32,000 bases of DNA from Nitrospira tepida. Its GTDB lineage: Bacteria > Nitrospirota > Nitrospiria > Nitrospirales > Nitrospiraceae. Of the stretch, positions 27,824-32,000 are shown piece by piece; within the stretch, counting starts at the first letter, position 1; every line of letters starts with the position of its first letter. The notes beneath the pieces are model-generated. The model did not search any database and was not told the DNA's origin. It saw only the letters and a program-made list of their open reading frames with translations. The DNA lies in the NCBI RefSeq assembly GCF_947241125.1, contig NZ_OX365700.1, positions 1,787,245 to 1,819,244 on the forward strand. Direction: 5' to 3'. A program made the translations under genes and the position numbers.

Positions 27824-28695
27824 AGCGGCTGATGCAATATGGCGCCTATCCGGTCGTCATGACGGTCTGTGTCGCCTTCCACTTCGTTCTCATTGATCGA
27901 GATGTCGGATCCCTTATGGCTGCCTACGTCCCGGTGACGCTGGGCGCGCTGCTCGTCACCCTGCTCGAACTGTATCTGCCCTATCGGCGAGCGTGGCGAC
28001 CCTCCCCGGGCGAGGTGGCCCATGATTCCTTGTTCCTGACGACCGTTCAGGTCTTGTTGCCCAAATGCTTGTCGTTTGCCGCGGTGCTGGTCATCTTCCA
28101 CTGGCTCCAGGGGGAAACCTGGTCCCTGCGCGCCTGGTGGCCTTCGTACTGGCCGGTCGGATGGCAAGCGTGGTGGATGGTCGTGCTTGCGGACGGGATG
28201 CGGTATTGGCTCCATCGCCTCAGTCACGAATGGGAGCCGTTCTGGCGATTTCATGCGGTGCACCACGCACCGCACAAGCTGTATTGGCTCAACGTCGGGC
28301 GGTTTCATCCCATCGACAAGGCCTTGCAGTTCCTCTTTGACAGTGTGCCCTTTATCGTGCTGGGAGTCGGCGAGGACGTCCTGAGCCTGTACTTCGTGGG
28401 ATATGCGGTCAACGGCTTTTTCCAGCATTGCAATATTGATGTGCGGCTCGGCCTCCTGAATTACCTCATCAGCGGGCCAGAGTTGCATCGCTGGCACCAT
28501 TCCATGGTGAAGGACGAATCCAACCGCAATTACGGCAACAACCTCATCATCTGGGACCTCGTATTTGGCTCACGATATTTGCCGGCAGATCAGGAGGTCG
28601 AGACCTTGGGTCTGGTCAATCGACGGTATCCTGAGGGATTCATGGATCAAATGGCCGCACCCTTCACCCGGCATCTCGATCAGCGGGCGGCCTGA
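27820..28695 (+). CDS. Fatty-acid hydroxylase / sterol desaturase superfamily membrane di-iron enzyme
   Basis: Histidine boxes HRLSH, HAVHH and HRWHH, with several TM segments. Confidence 0.8.
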   Translation: MKRLMQYGAYPVVMTVCVAFHFVLIDRDVGSLMAAYVPVTLGALLVTLLELYLPYRRAWRPSPGEVAHDSLFLTTVQVLLPKCLSFAAVLVIFHWLQGETWSLRAWWPSYWPVGWQAWWMVVLADGMRYWLHRLSHEWEPFWRFHAVHHAPHKLYWLNVGRFHPIDKALQFLFDSVPFIVLGVGEDVLSLYFVGYAVNGFFQHCNIDVRLGLLNYLISGPELHRWHHSMVKDESNRNYGNNLIIWDLVFGSRYLPADQEVETLGLVNRRYPEGFMDQMAAPFTRHLDQRAA

Positions 28696-28700
28696 GGCAG

Positions 28701-30344
28701 ATGCACGATCGCCTGCTCAACGCGGCCGTTCGCGCCTCCATGTGGGTGATCGAGCGGCGGGACTGGGCTCCCTTCATTCGGAAGACCTGCCGTCCCGGAC
28801 CGGTTCAAGAGGCCCTGCTCCAACGCATTCTGGCCAGGCAGGCGGAGACGGCCTTTGGACAGCAGCACCGGTTTCGGGCTCTTCGCACGTTCGACGACTA
28901 TCGCCGGGCCGTGCCGATCCAGGTCTATGAGGATTTGCGGCCCTACATCGAGGGCCAGGAACAGACGAGCGAACGCCGAGTCAACGCCGATCCGCCCTTG
29001 TTATACGCGCAGACGAGCGGCACCACGGGGAAGCCGAAGCTGATTCCGATTCTGAGCGACACGGCTCGCGGGATCAGGCTCTATCAACGACTCTTCGCCT
29101 TTGCGCAATATCAAGGGGCGCCAGGGGTCTACCAAGGAAAGACCCTGGTCATCGCGGGTGCGACGATCGAAGGGCACCTGCCGACCGGGACCGGCTACGG
29201 GGCGATGTCCGGTGTCATGACGGATTCGCTCCCCTGGGCCATCCGGCGAAAATCCTGCTTGCCGGATGCCGTGCGCGGGCTCGCGGATTACGGTCAGAAG
29301 TATCGGCATATTGCGGCCTGCGCGCTGGCCGAGCCGTCGCTGTCTGTCCTCGCTACGCCCAATCCCTCGACCATTCTCAAGTTGCTGGAAGTTATCCGCC
29401 GGGAATATCCCGAGCTGATCGAAGCGCTGTCATCCCGACGGGGTCATGCTGGAGCCGCCCCTGTGCCGCTGCCGGCCGCCTCGCCCGCGCGGCTGTCCCA
29501 CCTGCGGGCATTGATCGGACAGGAGGATCGCCTGACGTTGGCGTCGCTCTGGCCGTCTCTTCGCGCGGTGGTGACCTGGACCGGAGGCAATTGCGCGCTG
29601 TTGATTCCGAAGCTGACGGCCCTGTTGCCACAAGGTGCCGCCATCATTGAAATGGGGTACCTCTCGAGCGAATGTCTGGGAAGCCTGAATGTCGACGTGG
29701 TGCGCAATCGTTGTGTGCCGACCCTGCATGAGCAGGTCTTCGAGTTTGTGGAGGCCCATCACTGGGAACGGGATCAGCCGCCCACCGTGACGCTCGACCA
29801 ACTCGAAGAGGGACGGAAATACTCCGTGATCGTGACAACTTCCAACGGCCTGTACCGCTATGCGATGAACGACATCGTGGAGGTGACGGGGCGGTTCAAT
29901 CAGACGCCGGCGATTCGCTTCGTCCAAAAGGGAAAGGGCGTTACCAACATCACGGGAGAAAAAGTCTACGAGCATCAGGTGATCCAGGCGGTCGAGGATG
30001 TGGCAAAGTCAGTCGGGACAAGCTGTGAGTTCTTCATGATGCTCGCGGATGTGGATGAAGGTCGATACCGGCTCTATCTGGAGCCTCCGCCTGACGAACC
30101 CTGTCTCGAGCGCATGGTGGACGAGCGACTGGCTGGACTGAACGTCGAGTACAAGGCAAAGCGAGAGAGCGGCCGGCTACAGCTTCTGCACGTGTGCCTG
30201 CTCGAGCCCGGCACCGGCGAGGCCTATAAACGACATTGCCTCCAGAACGGGCAACGGGAAGCGCAATTTAAACTTGTGCGGCTGCAGTATGCCCACGAGT
30301 GCCAGTTTGGTTTCACATCCCACGCGAGGGAATCGTCCCATTGA
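28701..30344 (+). CDS. GH3-family acyl-acid amido synthetase (adenylating enzyme)
   Basis: FDDYRRAVPIQVYEDLRPYIE and YAQTSGTTGKPKLIPI are typical of bacterial GH3 auxin-responsive-promoter family proteins. GAGG lies upstream of the ATG, 5 nt after the previous stop. Confidence 0.8.
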   Translation: MHDRLLNAAVRASMWVIERRDWAPFIRKTCRPGPVQEALLQRILARQAETAFGQQHRFRALRTFDDYRRAVPIQVYEDLRPYIEGQEQTSERRVNADPPLLYAQTSGTTGKPKLIPILSDTARGIRLYQRLFAFAQYQGAPGVYQGKTLVIAGATIEGHLPTGTGYGAMSGVMTDSLPWAIRRKSCLPDAVRGLADYGQKYRHIAACALAEPSLSVLATPNPSTILKLLEVIRREYPELIEALSSRRGHAGAAPVPLPAASPARLSHLRALIGQEDRLTLASLWPSLRAVVTWTGGNCALLIPKLTALLPQGAAIIEMGYLSSECLGSLNVDVVRNRCVPTLHEQVFEFVEAHHWERDQPPTVTLDQLEEGRKYSVIVTTSNGLYRYAMNDIVEVTGRFNQTPAIRFVQKGKGVTNITGEKVYEHQVIQAVEDVAKSVGTSCEFFMMLADVDEGRYRLYLEPPPDEPCLERMVDERLAGLNVEYKAKRESGRLQLLHVCLLEPGTGEAYKRHCLQNGQREAQFKLVRLQYAHECQFGFTSHARESSH

Positions 30345-31435
30345 AGATCAGCAGCCTCCATCTGACGTTCCTTGAGATTCCCTTCAAGCAGACCGTGAGT
30401 CATGCGTCCGCCTCCCGGTCCGTCACCGAGAGCGTTTTGGTCACGGCCCATTCCACAGAGGGATTGGTGGGGGTCGGAGAAGGCTGTCCGCGGCGCTATG
30501 TGACGGGGGAATCCGTGGAATCAGCCAGGGCTTTTGTCGAAACTCATCGACGCATCTGGGAACAATGGTCCACTCTCAATGATCTGCGATGTTGGGCGGC
30601 AAGCCATGAAGCACTCATCGACTGCAATCCCGCCGCCTGGTGCGCGCTCGAAACGGCCTGTCTCGACCTGTTGGGGAAGGAGTTGTGCCGCCCGATCGAG
30701 TCGCTGCTTTCGGTCCCCTGCCTATCGGGGCCTTTCCGCTATTCCGCGGTGTTGGGAACCGACAACCCGGAGACCTTCCAGCAACAACTGGCCCTATACC
30801 TTGCCATCGGCTTCACCGACTTCAAGATCAAGGTGACCGGAAATGTTCCGATGGACCGGCACAAGATCGACCGTCTCAAAGAATCCTCGGATCCGGGACT
30901 TCCTGTCCGTCTCGACGCGAATAATCTGTGGAAGACCCCGCAGGAAGCCTCCGACTATGTCGAGCGTTTGAACTATCCGTTCTGGGCGATAGAAGAACCA
31001 CTTCAAGTCGGCGACTACGATGGCTGTCGGGTCTTGTCGCGGGAGTTGGGGCTTCCGATCATCCTGGATGAGAGCTTTCTTCGGACCGAACAGTTTGCGT
31101 CGATTCAGGATACGCCATCGACCTGGATCATCAATATTCGCATCTCCAAGATGGGCGGCCTGCTGCGATCGCTTGCCGTGGCGGAACGGGCGAAGGAGGT
31201 CGGCATACCGATCATCGTCGGCGCACAGGTCGGGGAAACCAGCATTCTCACACGAGCCGCTCTTACCGTGGCCAATGCCTATCGAGATATGGTGGTCGCG
31301 CAAGAAGGGGCCTTCGGGACTTACCTGTTGGAACGCGAGATCTGCCAGCCGGTTCTGATGTTCAGCAAAGAAGGACGGATCGCGATTGATTCACTCAACA
31401 CTGCGCCAGGGCTGGGGTTGACGGTCGCCACGTGA
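30299..31435 (+). CDS. Enolase-superfamily enzyme, muconate-lactonizing-enzyme (MLE) subgroup (racemase/epimerase/OSBS-like)
   Basis: KxK motif FKIKV. Metal ligands are in RLDANN, IEEP and ILDES, and the second catalytic Lys is in RISKMGG. The start may instead be TTG 30341, which overlaps the GH3 stop (TTGA). Confidence 0.8.
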   Translation: MPVWFHIPREGIVPLKISSLHLTFLEIPFKQTVSHASASRSVTESVLVTAHSTEGLVGVGEGCPRRYVTGESVESARAFVETHRRIWEQWSTLNDLRCWAASHEALIDCNPAAWCALETACLDLLGKELCRPIESLLSVPCLSGPFRYSAVLGTDNPETFQQQLALYLAIGFTDFKIKVTGNVPMDRHKIDRLKESSDPGLPVRLDANNLWKTPQEASDYVERLNYPFWAIEEPLQVGDYDGCRVLSRELGLPIILDESFLRTEQFASIQDTPSTWIINIRISKMGGLLRSLAVAERAKEVGIPIIVGAQVGETSILTRAALTVANAYRDMVVAQEGAFGTYLLEREICQPVLMFSKEGRIAIDSLNTAPGLGLTVAT

Positions 31436-31451
31436 TGCTTCGATGCGATTG

Positions 31452-32000
31452 TCATCGCCTGCGTCGCCGGCCACCTTGCGGCTGCTCAAGTGCCTGGCCC
31501 CAGTAGGCAAGAAATCTGGTGAGGAAGGTATGTTCCTGAGCCGGCTCCACAGCCAGCGGGGCGAGCGCGAGGGCGACGGCGAGCGAAATGTGGTAGCCCA
31601 CGGAGCGGGAGGCCAACGCTCGCCGGTATGCGGGGTGGGCCTGATTGATCCAGACGGTGGATTCGACGAGCCGTCCCAACTCGGCATCGTCGGGCCGATC
31701 CTCGAACTGAATTCCGAGCCCATACCGCATTGGAGCACGGGAACGGCCCTGGCCCGGCAACGTGGTGGAGGCCGGCGGTGGGACCGAGGGACTCGGCGGC
31801 TCGGTCGTTGCGGCGTCTTGTTCAGGCGGCGGAGCCGTTGCTGGTGGCTGATCGGGAATCGCACTGTCGGTCGGTCCTGCACCGGCTGGCGGGGTTGCCA
31901 CCGCCGTGAAGCTGTTGCTTTCAAGGTCAAGATTCCCGCTCTTGATCGGCAGCCGCTTCTGGCCTCCGGCCTTGCGCTCGACCAGCGAGGCCAACAACGG
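31452..32000 (-). CDS. C-terminal part of a hypothetical protein with a Pro/Thr-rich linker (5' end outside the window)
   Basis: The frame is open to the window edge. The tail ...VWINQAHPAYRRALASRSVGYHISLAVALALAPL weakly recalls C-termini of GHKL/HSP90-like ATPase-family proteins, but the ATPase part is not in the window. Confidence 0.4.
   Translation of the reverse strand, partial: PLLASLVERKAGGQKRLPIKSGNLDLESNSFTAVATPPAGAGPTDSAIPDQPPATAPPPEQDAATTEPPSPSVPPPASTTLPGQGRSRAPMRYGLGIQFEDRPDDAELGRLVESTVWINQAHPAYRRALASRSVGYHISLAVALALAPLAVEPAQEHTFLTRFLAYWGQALEQPQGGRRRRR

Noticed and set aside
25570-28500. Minus-strand ORFs at 25570-26385 (271 aa) and 27769-28500 (243 aa).
   Set aside because: They lie opposite the CBS-domain gene and the fatty-acid hydroxylase gene respectively. 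Their composition is low-complexity and they have no motifs.

Overview
High-GC (about 60% by eye) bacterial chromosomal segment with no rRNA, tRNA, CRISPR array, transposase or integrase. Positions 1-13.2 kb hold a co-directional housekeeping string: scpA, scpB, a 986-aa NHL/FN3 repeat protein, guaB, guaA, rluB-like, aspS and aroC. A CYTH-CHAD protein and three lipoproteins (Sel1-repeat, DUF2959, Slp) follow. The main feature is an accessory island at about 17.25-21.9 kb with visibly lower GC. It holds a diversity-generating retroelement (DGR) in the order target gene, avd, reverse transcriptase, template repeat. The target is a cytoplasmic TIR-domain protein fused to an FGE-sulfatase/C-type-lectin-fold domain that carries the variable repeat at its C-terminus. 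The cassette is atypical: TR and VR differ at many non-adenine positions, and the RT N-terminus is in a different frame from the RT core. An orphan copy of the VR/TR 3' end lies 1 kb downstream, past a BrnT/BrnA toxin-antitoxin pair. The remainder encodes a PAS/MCP-like protein, a YpfJ-type zinc peptidase, an ABC ATPase, a CBS protein and an RluE-like pseudouridine synthase. It ends with a tightly packed putative operon: membrane protein, fatty-acid hydroxylase, GH3 amido synthetase and an MLE-type enolase-superfamily enzyme. Two small repeat families are visible in intergenic DNA: inverted arrays of CGTCAAN/NNTGACG heptads abutting the guaA and rluB start codons, and a GGGTACCCGTTGC hairpin (REP-like) family. 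All domain calls come from reading the translations, and no database search was run.
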